The notes beneath the pieces were generated by a model. That model ran no database searches. It saw only the letters and a program-made list of their open reading frames with translations, and was not told where the DNA came from. This document shows positions 49,552-59,325 of a stretch of 64,000 bases of DNA, in pieces (within the stretch, counting starts at the first letter, position 1; every line of letters begins with the position of its first letter). Position numbers and translations under genes: made by a program. This stretch comes from Candidatus Daviesbacteria bacterium. Its GTDB lineage: Bacteria; Patescibacteriota; Microgenomatia; Daviesbacterales; UBA10151. The DNA is taken from the NCBI GenBank assembly GCA_016186955.1, contig JACPKP010000009.1, forward strand, positions 161,595-225,594, in the 5' to 3' direction.

Positions 49552-51233
49552 ACAGTAAAAAATCAACCCTGATTATCTTATTCTTGTTGACCTTATTGGG
49601 TGGCTTACTAAGGTTTTATAAATTAACAGAAAATCCGGTAAGTTTAAACCCTGATGAAGTTTCCTTTGCGTATAGCGCTTACTCGGTACTGAAAACCGGA
49701 AAGGATGAGTATGGAAAATTTTTACCTATAACTTTTAAGTCAGTGGGAGATTATAAAAATCCCGTACCGGTTTATTCACTAGTTTTATCTGAAGCGGTGT
49801 TTGGACTGAATGATTTTGGTGAAAGGTTTCCGTTTGCTTTTTTTGGTACATTGGCTATACCGGTTTTGTTTTTTCTGGCTTTTCAGTTGACAAAAAATAA
49901 AAATATTGCATTTTTGGCAGCAGGAATGCTGGTTATTTCACCATGGCATGTTTTTTACAGCCGTTATGGTAATGACCCGCCAATGGGGATGGTTGTAGCC
50001 AGTTTAGGGTTGCTGTTTTTTTTGAAGATGATTGAGAAACGGGGTATCTACACTATCCTTGCAGCCTTCTTTCTGGTTTTATCGATGTATTCATACTATT
50101 CTGAGAGGGTTTTTATTCCCCTACTTTTCCTGCTGCTTATTACTCTTTTCTTTGGTAATTTGAAGAAACACTTGAAAAGCACGATTGTTTTTCTTACTGC
50201 ATCTGCAATTTTTGTCAGCCTGTTGGTGTTGAGAAGCTTTTTTGGGCCGGATTTGGCAAGAGGGAATATGGTTTTTATAGCTAAGGATGTTGATTACCTG
50301 AGGTATATTGCACTGGATCATGTCAGTCCGGGCTTAAATTTAGGCGGTATCCACATTGAAGAAACCTTCGCCCTGCTGACACTTGTGGTAGGACGTTATT
50401 TAAATTACCTTCAGCCTGATTTTTTATTTTTTACAGGGCTTAATATGACACATGAAGGAAGTTTGGGGCTTGGAGTATTATACTTATTTGACCTTCCGCT
50501 GTTGATTTTGGGTATATTGGAACTTATAAAAGGTAAATTTCCAAATAGGGGGTTAAATACGAAGTACCAAGTCCCGCTTATTTTCGGTTGGATAGCGCTT
50601 TCCTTTATACCCGCAGCCTTGACTAATAACGAACACAATGCCGGAAGGACAATTCAGGCTTTGCCGATGGTACTGTTAATAAGCGCCATAGGGTTTACTA
50701 AATTTATAGAATTTATCAGAAAAATGAAGCAGGTTTATATTAAAACAGCTGCCGTTTTATTTTGCGGATTGTTTGTCCTGATCAGTTTAATACACGCATT
50801 GATTACATATTCGGTACATTTTCCTGTAGATAGAAGTGAGTTTTCCATGAAAGGAAACAAGGAAGCGGTGGAATATATTCTGGCCAACAAAGAAAAATAC
50901 CAGGAAGTAGTCTTTGACCCTTTCAGGGGAGTTGATGCACCGGCTATATACAGTCTGCCGGGGTATTATATTTTGTTTTATGCAAAGTATGATCCGGCGC
51001 TGTACCAGAAGGAATTGATAGAGAATGAGAAAAAAGGGATTTCAGGTTTTGGCCAGTACAGGATAAGAAAAATTTACTGGCCCAATGACAGGTATGCTAA
51101 AGATACACTTTTTGTGGGCAGCCCCTGGAGCCTGCCGCTAAAAGACATAAAAGAGGAAGAAATTTTAAAAAGAATATATTTAAGCAACGGCCAACTGGCA
51201 CTGCTGGTTGTTAACCCCAAGCCTCCAAAATGA
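49548..51233 (+). CDS. GT-C membrane glycosyltransferase, PMT/ArnT-like
   Basis: LRFYKLTENPVSLNPDEVSFAYSAYSVLKTGKDEYGK motif. Confidence 0.75.
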   Translation: MNSKKSTLIILFLLTLLGGLLRFYKLTENPVSLNPDEVSFAYSAYSVLKTGKDEYGKFLPITFKSVGDYKNPVPVYSLVLSEAVFGLNDFGERFPFAFFGTLAIPVLFFLAFQLTKNKNIAFLAAGMLVISPWHVFYSRYGNDPPMGMVVASLGLLFFLKMIEKRGIYTILAAFFLVLSMYSYYSERVFIPLLFLLLITLFFGNLKKHLKSTIVFLTASAIFVSLLVLRSFFGPDLARGNMVFIAKDVDYLRYIALDHVSPGLNLGGIHIEETFALLTLVVGRYLNYLQPDFLFFTGLNMTHEGSLGLGVLYLFDLPLLILGILELIKGKFPNRGLNTKYQVPLIFGWIALSFIPAALTNNEHNAGRTIQALPMVLLISAIGFTKFIEFIRKMKQVYIKTAAVLFCGLFVLISLIHALITYSVHFPVDRSEFSMKGNKEAVEYILANKEKYQEVVFDPFRGVDAPAIYSLPGYYILFYAKYDPALYQKELIENEKKGISGFGQYRIRKIYWPNDRYAKDTLFVGSPWSLPLKDIKEEEILKRIYLSNGQLALLVVNPKPPK

Positions 51234-51258
51234 TCAGTGTTGGCAATAGTTAGAAATA

Positions 51259-52602
51259 TTGCATATAATATTGTATTCTGCCCCACAAAATATGATAAAT
51301 AGGGAATATTTAATTCAAAAACTTCTGCAGGTTAAAACAGCGGAAGAAAGAATACGGGATATTAGACCAATGCCTAAAAGTGCAATTATTTTAGGCGGAG
51401 GTGGAATTACCGCCAAAACTTATGGTCCAAAATTTGCAAAAGCAGACCTTCCAATTGTTGCGTTGCTGGATACAAAAACAAAAGATCAGGCAGTATCACT
51501 TGAGGTGTTGGATCAGGTGGATTATTATCAAATTCCCCAAAATTATAATATTTGTGATATTGAAAAAATTATCCATAATTATTCTGATTCAGCTTTGATT
51601 GTAATGACTCCTCAACAGACTCATACTAGCATACTGGAAAAACTGGCTCCCTTACTTGATAAAAGGCAAATACCTGTTTGGATTGATAAACCATTAGCAA
51701 TGTCAGTAGATGAAGTTGTTAGAATTAGTAAACTAATCGATAGATTTCCCAATTTAGCGCACCTTTTAGTTTCAGGAGGGTTTACTTTGGACAAAGCCAC
51801 TCCCGAACTTACATTACTTGAAGGAAGTCAAAAAGATTTTTTGGGGAAATTAAAAAATGTCCAGTTTCTTTTTATGGAAGGAAGCAGGCAATTTAGAGAG
51901 GTGATAGGGAGTTATGGGAGGCCTCATCTGGCTTTTTATCCCGGGGGAGGAATGTTGGGGGATTTATTGGAACATCTAACAGATAAATTAATCAGAATGA
52001 ATATTATTGATTTAAAGTCTGAATTTTTATCAGTTTATCTTGGATATACTCCCATGGGAGAAGCAAATACTTCGATTCCATGGCAAGTACCAGAAAAGAA
52101 AGGATTAGCTGAAACAGAAGCAGAGCTGGTGATTTATGGAAAAGATAAATTACCAATATTTTTAAATTTTGGCAAAAGGGGAGCACAGTTTCTGGGTGAT
52201 ATCAGAAGGTCAAAATTAGTTTTTGAGAATGCGGTTTTGGAAACTGATTATTCTGATTCTGGTAATGATTACACCTCATTTTTTTCAGTTACTACAAAAG
52301 ATTTCAAGACTACAACCGAGCTTAGTAAAGATCCTTACATATTAATGTTGGAGCGTTATAAAAAGCTTTGGTCTGGAGGAATCAATGGTCAGGGTGGAAT
52401 TTATGCACAACTTGTTAATGCAGTGATGATAGATGATATTTATAAAATCTGGAAAGGGGAAAAACCGTTGATTTTTCAACAATCTCCAAAATCAAAAGCA
52501 TTTCGGGATATATCAAATTACAAAAATTCAGATGAGTATTTTTTTAGACAACAAAGAGATTGGGAAGCGTTTCTAAGACTCCACCAGAGTATTATTTTAT
52601 GA
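51259..52602 (+). CDS. divergent Gfo/Idh/MocA-like NAD(P)-dependent oxidoreductase (IDKP in place of EKP motif)
   Basis: SAIILGGGGITAKTYGPKF Rossmann-like; LIVMTPQQTHTSIL...PVWIDKPLAMSVDEV matches MocA-family topology; paralog of 55312-56739. Confidence 0.5.
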   Translation: MHIILYSAPQNMINREYLIQKLLQVKTAEERIRDIRPMPKSAIILGGGGITAKTYGPKFAKADLPIVALLDTKTKDQAVSLEVLDQVDYYQIPQNYNICDIEKIIHNYSDSALIVMTPQQTHTSILEKLAPLLDKRQIPVWIDKPLAMSVDEVVRISKLIDRFPNLAHLLVSGGFTLDKATPELTLLEGSQKDFLGKLKNVQFLFMEGSRQFREVIGSYGRPHLAFYPGGGMLGDLLEHLTDKLIRMNIIDLKSEFLSVYLGYTPMGEANTSIPWQVPEKKGLAETEAELVIYGKDKLPIFLNFGKRGAQFLGDIRRSKLVFENAVLETDYSDSGNDYTSFFSVTTKDFKTTTELSKDPYILMLERYKKLWSGGINGQGGIYAQLVNAVMIDDIYKIWKGEKPLIFQQSPKSKAFRDISNYKNSDEYFFRQQRDWEAFLRLHQSIIL

Positions 52603-53294
52603 GAGAAGTTCATCGGTATGGGGTGGTTATTCCTTACAGCCTCAATATCAGGACAGATTCACTGCATTTGGGAGAAGAAAGACTAACTTTTTACTCCGCT
52701 TTTGTATTAAATGCTGTTATAGAATCTTTAAAGCATGGATTGATCAATCAGTGTATTTTTTTTGATGACCCTTCATTTGGGAGTTTTAAAAAATCAACCG
52801 GAGAATTAATGCTCGAAAGTTTATTAAGGACAAAAATTGCCAGCAATAAGGCAATTTTGATGTCCGGTAATTCAAATAATACTGTATCTCAAATAAAGGT
52901 TTTAGGAAAATTTCAAGAGGACTTTAATTTACAATCAGAAAAGTTTTTAATAATTGCCTGGGGATTCCATATAAAAAGGATTAAAAACTACATTAACAGT
53001 TTTAAGGTTAATGCAGATATAGTTAGTGCAGAATCCTTGCACAAGATTTATAGATGTAATTTTAATGAAGCGTATCTACAGAAAATATTGCCAGTTAAAA
53101 TTAGCCAACGAGAAAAAATCTCCGAACTCATATCAAGAATTGACAAACAAGGTCAATTCTTGCTTTTTCTGAAATTATTTACAGGACCAATGGTTACTGA
53201 TATCTACAAAGATGATTCTGGAAAACTACAAGACTTAATTACCCCAGGTAATAAAAGATTAAAGCAAGTTCAGGGTATACAAAAAAGATTTTAG
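52599..53294 (+). CDS. DUF218 (YdcF/ElyC/SanA-like) domain protein
   Basis: ATG 52599 overlaps upstream stop (ATGA); FLIIAWGFHIKRIKNY resembles DUF218 VTsxxHxxRA motif; weak. Confidence 0.35.
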   Translation: MREVHRYGVVIPYSLNIRTDSLHLGEERLTFYSAFVLNAVIESLKHGLINQCIFFDDPSFGSFKKSTGELMLESLLRTKIASNKAILMSGNSNNTVSQIKVLGKFQEDFNLQSEKFLIIAWGFHIKRIKNYINSFKVNADIVSAESLHKIYRCNFNEAYLQKILPVKISQREKISELISRIDKQGQFLLFLKLFTGPMVTDIYKDDSGKLQDLITPGNKRLKQVQGIQKRF

Positions 53295-53340
53295 TTAGTA
53301 GATTTTTTTATGGATATGTTATATTTGTATTGAATTTTAT

Positions 53341-54267
53341 ATGACAGAAGTTAAAGAATCTAAAAATTACCGTCCCAAAGTATCAGTGGTTGTTTTGGGT
53401 AGAGGTGTGGGTATACATGATAAAAAGTTGAGTTTAAGATATGGCGCTGGTAGTGAACAGGATAGACAATCGATATTGGAAGAAATCAAAAATAGTAAAG
53501 GAAGACAAATTAAGCCAACAAGGCTGATTGAAACTGCAGTTTTAAAAACACCGGAAAAGGGTATCTTTGGGCCAGAAGAACACCCAATATTTAATAAAGA
53601 GGCTGATCCTAATGCAATAGACTCCAGATATGCTGGGGCAAATGCCAATGTGATTGCTGCGGTTGATGTTGTGGGCGGGATTATCGATGAAAATAAAAAA
53701 GAATTAGTCGGGGTTTTATGGGCAGCCGGCCGGACACCGGATATGTTGTCATATGCTCCTGAAGGTTTAACACAGGGAGAAGTCCTGGCTAGAAAATTCA
53801 TCAATCATGTAGGAATAAAAGTCATGGGAAAAAATATTCAGATGGTTTTTGAGCCGGAAAATGTTAATACGTGGGATGACCTGATCTGTTCTTTAAAGTG
53901 GGCGGAAGCCCAAAATAGCGATGAAATAATAATAGTAACAGTAAAACCCCATATGAAACGCTCGAAAGATATGGCGGAAGAAGTACTAGGGGAGATGCGT
54001 GCAGAAGGTTTGAAGATTCCTAAAATGGATTATGTAATATCCGAAGAGAGGTTGATTCAACGCAACCCAAGGTATTTATCTTTAGTGGAAAAAGCCAGGG
54101 ATAGTTTGGCTTATCATGCTACCTCAGCCAGAGAACATTCAGGTATGGTGCAAAGAAAGATTGGGACTTATAGGTCACAATGGCAGGATGGCGGTAATAA
54201 AATCAGGGAATATTCAAAACTTGTATTAGTTATGACTCCTGAAGAAGTGCAGTTGAGGGCGATGTAA
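53341..54267 (+). CDS. DUF218 (YdcF/ElyC/SanA-like) domain protein
   Basis: EIIIVTVKPHMKRSKDMAEE matches DUF218 core motif; 308 aa. Confidence 0.35.
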   Translation: MTEVKESKNYRPKVSVVVLGRGVGIHDKKLSLRYGAGSEQDRQSILEEIKNSKGRQIKPTRLIETAVLKTPEKGIFGPEEHPIFNKEADPNAIDSRYAGANANVIAAVDVVGGIIDENKKELVGVLWAAGRTPDMLSYAPEGLTQGEVLARKFINHVGIKVMGKNIQMVFEPENVNTWDDLICSLKWAEAQNSDEIIIVTVKPHMKRSKDMAEEVLGEMRAEGLKIPKMDYVISEERLIQRNPRYLSLVEKARDSLAYHATSAREHSGMVQRKIGTYRSQWQDGGNKIREYSKLVLVMTPEEVQLRAM

Positions 54268-54280
54268 AATTTACATAAGA

Positions 54281-54309
54281 TTGACTTTTTGAGGGGTTTA
54301 ATTTAGTAT
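54281..54309 (+). promoter_or_regulatory. candidate sigma70-like promoter upstream of hddA-like kinase
   Basis: TTGACT (54281-54286), 17-nt spacer, TAGTAT (54304-54309), ~18 nt before ATG 54327. Confidence 0.3.
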
Positions 54310-54326
54310 CCAAAGCATCCAACCAG

Positions 54327-55304
54327 ATGATTATAACCCAGACCCCTTTAAGAATTAGTTTTGTGGGCGGAGGGACGGATCTGCCTGATTTTTATACAAA
54401 CTATGGCGGGGCTGTCATATCAACTGCAATCAATAAATATGTTTTTGTGATTGTTAAGGAAAGGTTTGATGATAAAATTTACTTAAACTGGATGAAAAAG
54501 GAAATTGTTGAAAGTGTTGACCAGATAGAGCATGAGCTAATCAGGGAAGCTATGAAAAAAACTCAAGTTTTAAAGGGGGTGGAGATCACAACCTTATCCG
54601 ATATACCTGCCGAGGGGTCAGGGTTGGGATCATCTTCCAGTATTACAGTGGGTTTGCTGCAGGCGATGTATTTGTATAAAGGGATGCCGGTTGATCCCGA
54701 GAGGTTGGCCAAAGAGGCATCGGAGATCGAAATTGATATTTTGGGAAAGCCGATCGGTAAACAGGACCAATATATAGCAAGCTACGGAGGTTTGAGACAT
54801 TTTACATTCCACCAGAATAATAATGTTTCCATTACCCAACCCAAGATTGAACAAGCGTTAATTGACAAACTTGGGGCAAATTTGTTACTTTTTTTTACAG
54901 GAAAGACCAGAAAATCTTCAGAGGTACTGACAGAACAAAAGCAGAAAATAGTTGATACGGCGGCAATTTTGAGGCAGATGAGGGATCAAAGCTATGAAGT
55001 GTTAAGCGCCTTAGAAAATGGTAATATTGATTTTCTAGGGGAAGCCTTAGACAGGGGTTGGGAATTGAAAAAACAGTTGGCAGGGAGGATTAGCAGTCCT
55101 GAGATAGACAATATGTACAAGTTAGCCAAAAAAGCAGGGGCGCTTGGCGGGAAGATTGCCGGCGCAGGAGGCGGGGGGTTTATGCTTTTATATGTGCCTT
55201 TAGAGGCACAAAATAATGTGCGCAAGGCGCTATCAGAATACAGGGAGATGCATTTTGGGTTTGAGAAAGACGGCAGCAAGTCAATTTTTAATATCAGAAG
55301 GTAA
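54327..55304 (+). CDS. hddA: GHMP-family sugar kinase, HddA-like (D-glycero-alpha-D-manno-heptose 7-phosphate kinase-like)
   Basis: PLRISFVGGGTDLPDFY N-terminus and PAEGSGLGSSSS GHMP motif II; 325 aa. Confidence 0.65.
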   Translation: MIITQTPLRISFVGGGTDLPDFYTNYGGAVISTAINKYVFVIVKERFDDKIYLNWMKKEIVESVDQIEHELIREAMKKTQVLKGVEITTLSDIPAEGSGLGSSSSITVGLLQAMYLYKGMPVDPERLAKEASEIEIDILGKPIGKQDQYIASYGGLRHFTFHQNNNVSITQPKIEQALIDKLGANLLLFFTGKTRKSSEVLTEQKQKIVDTAAILRQMRDQSYEVLSALENGNIDFLGEALDRGWELKKQLAGRISSPEIDNMYKLAKKAGALGGKIAGAGGGGFMLLYVPLEAQNNVRKALSEYREMHFGFEKDGSKSIFNIRR

Positions 55305-55311
55305 GAACTAT

Positions 55312-56739
55312 ATGAATACAGAAGCAGATACTAAAGGTTTTATCAGTCGAGCAAGTGTTGTCCAGAGTCTACAAACTCTTAAGCAACTAGAATTAAATCC
55401 CAGAGAAGTTACAAAAGCTCCCAAAAGTATTATTTTAATAGGAGGCGCTGGAGTTACAGCTCAAAGATATGCAGAGAGAATATCCAAAGCTGATTTAGTT
55501 GTAGAGGCAGTTGCAGATCTAAAACCTGCAGATCAAGTAGAGTTGCGTGGCCCGTTAGCTGGAGCTGAATACTTACAACTTACAGCTAACTACTCATCTA
55601 AGGATATCGAAAAACTGACAAAAAAGTATCCTGATGCTGCCTTGGTAGCAATGACTCCTCAGGATACACATACTGAAATTTTGCTGAAGCTAGCTGGTTT
55701 AATAGAAAGAGACAGTATACCAACTTGGATTGATAAACCACTAGCTATGAGCACAGCAGAATCAATAAAAGTTTTGAGGTTATTAATAACCCATCCTAGA
55801 CTGGCTCATTTAGTTGTTTCTGGCGGTTATACAATAGATAAAGCTACACCGGAGCTTATTTTTTATGGAGTCTTTGACCCTAATTACCCTTTTTCAGACC
55901 GGATAAAACCACTAGATTCTCAAACCCCTGATTTTCTAGAAGCTTACGGTAATACTGAAAGAAATAGACAAAAAATGGGCAGTCTCAAAAATGTCAAATT
56001 TTTGTTTGTTGAGGGACGACCAGCTACACGGGAAATAATTGGATGGGTTGGAAGGGCTCATCTGGCAGTTTTCCCCGGAGGCGGTATAACCGGAGACTTA
56101 CTTGAGCACCCTACAGATAAGTTATTTAAGATGGGTATATTAGATATTGATACAAAACTGCTTTCAGTTTACTTAGGTTATACTAGCCCTGGTACAGCTA
56201 ATACCTCAATACCCTGGGAAAAACCAGAAGGGAGAGGCCTAGCAGATATTGAAGGAGAAATTATAATGCAGAATAGAGATGGTGTACCCATTTTGCTCTC
56301 TTATGGTAAAAGAGGCCCTGAATTTTTAGGTGATATCCGTAGATCAAAGCTAACATTTGAACATGGAATTATTGAAACCCAATATAAAACCACCGATCAA
56401 GGTAGAGAGTTTAACCAATTTACTGTCTTTAATGCTGATGGGTCTCGTCATAACTACCTTCTTGACGGAGATTCATATGCAATGATGCTAGAAAGATACA
56501 AACTTTTGTGGAGCGGGCAGTTAACAGGCCAATCAACGTTATATAGTCAACTTTGTAATGCATTTTTTATTGAAGATATTTTCCGTTTATGGGATCAGCA
56601 AAATCCCTGCCTGTTTGAATGTTCGCCTAAAGCAGACAAATTTAGATCTAATAGAAATAAAGAGCTAACTCAGCATGATTTGGAAAAAACGGAACAAGAC
56701 TGGCAAGCTCTTCTAAATTTACATCCCGAATTGAAATAA
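55312..56739 (+). CDS. divergent Gfo/Idh/MocA-like oxidoreductase (paralog of 51259-52602)
   Basis: ATG 55312 after RBS-like agaagg; IILIGGAGVTAQRY...LVAMTPQDTHTEIL...PTWIDKPLAMSTAES...FPGGGITGDLLEHPTDKL shared with paralog. Confidence 0.5.
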   Translation: MNTEADTKGFISRASVVQSLQTLKQLELNPREVTKAPKSIILIGGAGVTAQRYAERISKADLVVEAVADLKPADQVELRGPLAGAEYLQLTANYSSKDIEKLTKKYPDAALVAMTPQDTHTEILLKLAGLIERDSIPTWIDKPLAMSTAESIKVLRLLITHPRLAHLVVSGGYTIDKATPELIFYGVFDPNYPFSDRIKPLDSQTPDFLEAYGNTERNRQKMGSLKNVKFLFVEGRPATREIIGWVGRAHLAVFPGGGITGDLLEHPTDKLFKMGILDIDTKLLSVYLGYTSPGTANTSIPWEKPEGRGLADIEGEIIMQNRDGVPILLSYGKRGPEFLGDIRRSKLTFEHGIIETQYKTTDQGREFNQFTVFNADGSRHNYLLDGDSYAMMLERYKLLWSGQLTGQSTLYSQLCNAFFIEDIFRLWDQQNPCLFECSPKADKFRSNRNKELTQHDLEKTEQDWQALLNLHPELK

Positions 56740-56762
56740 CTCAATATGATGAATAAGTTAAA

Positions 56763-57449
56763 ATGATTAATGTAAAAAATATTGCTCGAAACTATTTGAA
56801 TGATCTTAAAGATTCTTTAGGAAAAATTAAACTAGCAGATGTTCAAAAACTAGCAGATGTCTTATTAGAAGCTTACAAAAACGATAAAACCGTCTATATT
56901 TTAGGAAATGGCGGTGCAGCTTCAACCGCTTCTCATATGGCTTGTGATTTAGGGAAAGGGACTTTAAAAAATGTTTATAACCCCAGGGAGAAACGATTGA
57001 GGGTAGTATCGTTATCAGATAATGTTGCAACAATGACCGCTTTTGCTAATGACCTGTCGTTTGATGATATGTTTTTGCAACAACTTCATAATTTAGTACA
57101 AGAAGGGGATGTGGTGATAGGCATATCAGGGTCGGGTAATACACCAAATATTATCAAAGCATTAATGTATGCCAAAAACGAAGGAGCCAAAACAATAGGT
57201 CTTTTAGGGTATCACACCGGAGGTAAGGCAAAAGAGTTTGTTGATTTTGGTATCACAGTCCAAAGCAGCAGCTATGGAATTATTGAAGATGTCCATCTGG
57301 CGCTCAACCACCTGCTTACAAGCTGTCTTGCTTATATGAAAGAGCATATAGATAATGGTACGGATCCGGAAAAAGCTGTGGGTAAAAAAATTAATAAATC
57401 CCCAAAAGGGCAGGTTGCAGAATGGACGGAAAGGTCTGCCAGAAGATAA
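56763..57449 (+). CDS. gmhA: SIS-domain phosphoheptose isomerase (GmhA-like) with C-terminal extension
   Basis: VYILGNGGAASTASHMACDLGKG and GISGSGNTPNI SIS motifs. Confidence 0.7.
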   Translation: MINVKNIARNYLNDLKDSLGKIKLADVQKLADVLLEAYKNDKTVYILGNGGAASTASHMACDLGKGTLKNVYNPREKRLRVVSLSDNVATMTAFANDLSFDDMFLQQLHNLVQEGDVVIGISGSGNTPNIIKALMYAKNEGAKTIGLLGYHTGGKAKEFVDFGITVQSSSYGIIEDVHLALNHLLTSCLAYMKEHIDNGTDPEKAVGKKINKSPKGQVAEWTERSARR

Positions 57450-57458
57450 TATTAACCT

Positions 57459-58022
57459 TTAATACTCGGCTTCTATAAACTCAAAAACTATATGTATGAT
57501 TAAAGCATGCAGTTCCTGAATTCTGGCAGTTTTATCAGAATTAATAGATAAAGACTTATCCGCGATCTCCTTAGCCTTACTTTTTGTATTGCCGGTAAAA
57601 ATCCAGGTTTTTATTCCCAATGTTTTTGCAGTTTCCAAAGCCTTAATTACGTTGGGTGAATTTCCGGAGGTAGATATCCCGACTGCCAAATCCCTTCTGT
57701 AAGCGAATGCTTCAACTTCTCTTGAAAAAATCTCTTCGAACCCAAAGTCGTTGCTGATGCCCGTAATGTTTGAAAAGTTTGTACCAAGAGCAAGCGCCGG
57801 CAGCGGTTTTCTGCGTTTTACAAACCGGCCCACAAACTCTTCTGCCCAATGAGAGGCCTGCGTCGCAGAACCCCCGTTACCGAAAAACAGAATTTTTCCC
57901 CCCCTTTTTAACACCTGCAAAAAATCAGTTTTTAGTTCATCTATCTCTTGGAGATTTATATCCAGAACAACTTTGATATGCTCCAGAAGAATAGATTGGA
58001 TATAATTTTTATCTATCATCAA
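57459..58022 (-). CDS. gmhA: SIS-domain phosphoheptose isomerase (GmhA paralog); the only minus-strand gene in the 18.4-64 kb block
   Basis: ILFFGNGGSATQASHWAEEFVGRF and GISTSGNSPNVI. Confidence 0.7.
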   Translation of the reverse strand: MMIDKNYIQSILLEHIKVVLDINLQEIDELKTDFLQVLKRGGKILFFGNGGSATQASHWAEEFVGRFVKRRKPLPALALGTNFSNITGISNDFGFEEIFSREVEAFAYRRDLAVGISTSGNSPNVIKALETAKTLGIKTWIFTGNTKSKAKEIADKSLSINSDKTARIQELHALIIHIVFEFIEAEY

Positions 58023-58096
58023 TGGAGGTTCTTAGGTGATTATACACAAAACATATTGGTTTCCAAGATATTAAATTTTTGATAGAATAATCGACA

Positions 58097-58822
58097 ATGA
58101 AAGCATTAATTCTCGCAGCAGGACTTGGCGCCAGGTTGCGGCCTTTAACAGATAAAATTCCCAAGGTTATGGTGGATATTGGTGGTAAACCGCTACTTTG
58201 GTATCATGTCCAACTACTTAAAAAACATGGGATAAAAGACATCTGGATCAATCTGCATTGGCGTCCTGAAGTCATAAAAAGCTATTTTGGTAATGGTTCT
58301 AAGTTTGGTATAAAAATTAAATATTCTTTTGAAAAAAAACTTTTGGGTACATCCGGCGCTCTTAAAAACCCTGATAGCAATGTTGAAAAAGAATTAAGAA
58401 AGGCGCCTTTTTTGGTTTTTTATGGGGATAATTTAACAAATATTAATATTAGTAAAATGATAAGTTTTCACAAAATAAGAAAATCTTTCTTAACAGTAGC
58501 CCCTTATATTTATGAAAAGGCTTGGAAGAAAGGAGTTATTGAAATAGATACCAAACAACAGATCTTGCAATTTGTTGAAAAACCACTAAAAGGCGCTACT
58601 AAATCTAAACTGGTTAATTCAGGAGTATATATTTGTTCAAATAAAGTTTTTAATTTTGTCCCTGATGATTTTTCTGATTTTGGTTTTGATATCTTCCCGA
58701 AGCTTTTAGCAGCAAAAATGCCCCTTTACACCTTTAGTCCGGATTATTATTTTCAAGATATAGGAACTTTTGAGGGATTAAGGAAAGCAAAAAAGGATTT
58801 AAAAAAAATAGATTTATGGTAA
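58097..58822 (+). CDS. hddC: sugar-1-phosphate nucleotidyltransferase, HddC-like (D-glycero-D-manno-heptose 1-phosphate guanylyltransferase-like)
   Basis: MKALILAAGLGARLRPLTDKIPKVMV NTP-transferase start; 241 aa; adjacent to gmhB/gmhA/hddA. Confidence 0.6.
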   Translation: MKALILAAGLGARLRPLTDKIPKVMVDIGGKPLLWYHVQLLKKHGIKDIWINLHWRPEVIKSYFGNGSKFGIKIKYSFEKKLLGTSGALKNPDSNVEKELRKAPFLVFYGDNLTNINISKMISFHKIRKSFLTVAPYIYEKAWKKGVIEIDTKQQILQFVEKPLKGATKSKLVNSGVYICSNKVFNFVPDDFSDFGFDIFPKLLAAKMPLYTFSPDYYFQDIGTFEGLRKAKKDLKKIDLW

Positions 58823-59325
58823 AATCCCGTAAAGTGGAAAAAAAAGCCCTTTTTTTGGACAGGGATGGGGTGATTAATAAAAAACCTCCTGAACATGATT
58901 ATGTTAAATCCTGGGATGAATTTGAGTTGTTGCCGGATGTTATATCTGCAGTTTTACTGGCAAGAGACAAAGGATATTTTGTGATAGTAATTTCAAACCA
59001 GAGAGGAATTTCAAGAAAATTAATGAGAACAGAAGTTGTTGATGGTATACATAAAAACTTAAACGAAATACTAAAAAGAAATGGTACATATATTGATGCA
59101 TTTTACTTATGCCCTCATGACATTCCTGATAACTGCGAATGCAGAAAACCCAAACCTGGCTTGATTATGAAGGCTGCTTTAGATTTTGATATTGATCTTG
59201 GGAAGTCATTTTATATCGGAGACTCCCAAACTGATTATCAAGCAGGGGTTGCAGCTGGTGTTCGTACGGCGCTGATAGAAACAAACGGTTCTTTGCTGCA
59301 TGCCGTAAAAGGAATCTTAAATTAA
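58816..59325 (+). CDS. gmhB: D,D-heptose 1,7-bisphosphate phosphatase (HAD family, GmhB-like)
   Basis: ALFLDRDGVIN motif I; CPHDIPDNCECRKPKPG zinc-binding loop typical of GmhB; GDSQTD motif. Confidence 0.75.
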   Translation: MVKSRKVEKKALFLDRDGVINKKPPEHDYVKSWDEFELLPDVISAVLLARDKGYFVIVISNQRGISRKLMRTEVVDGIHKNLNEILKRNGTYIDAFYLCPHDIPDNCECRKPKPGLIMKAALDFDIDLGKSFYIGDSQTDYQAGVAAGVRTALIETNGSLLHAVKGILN

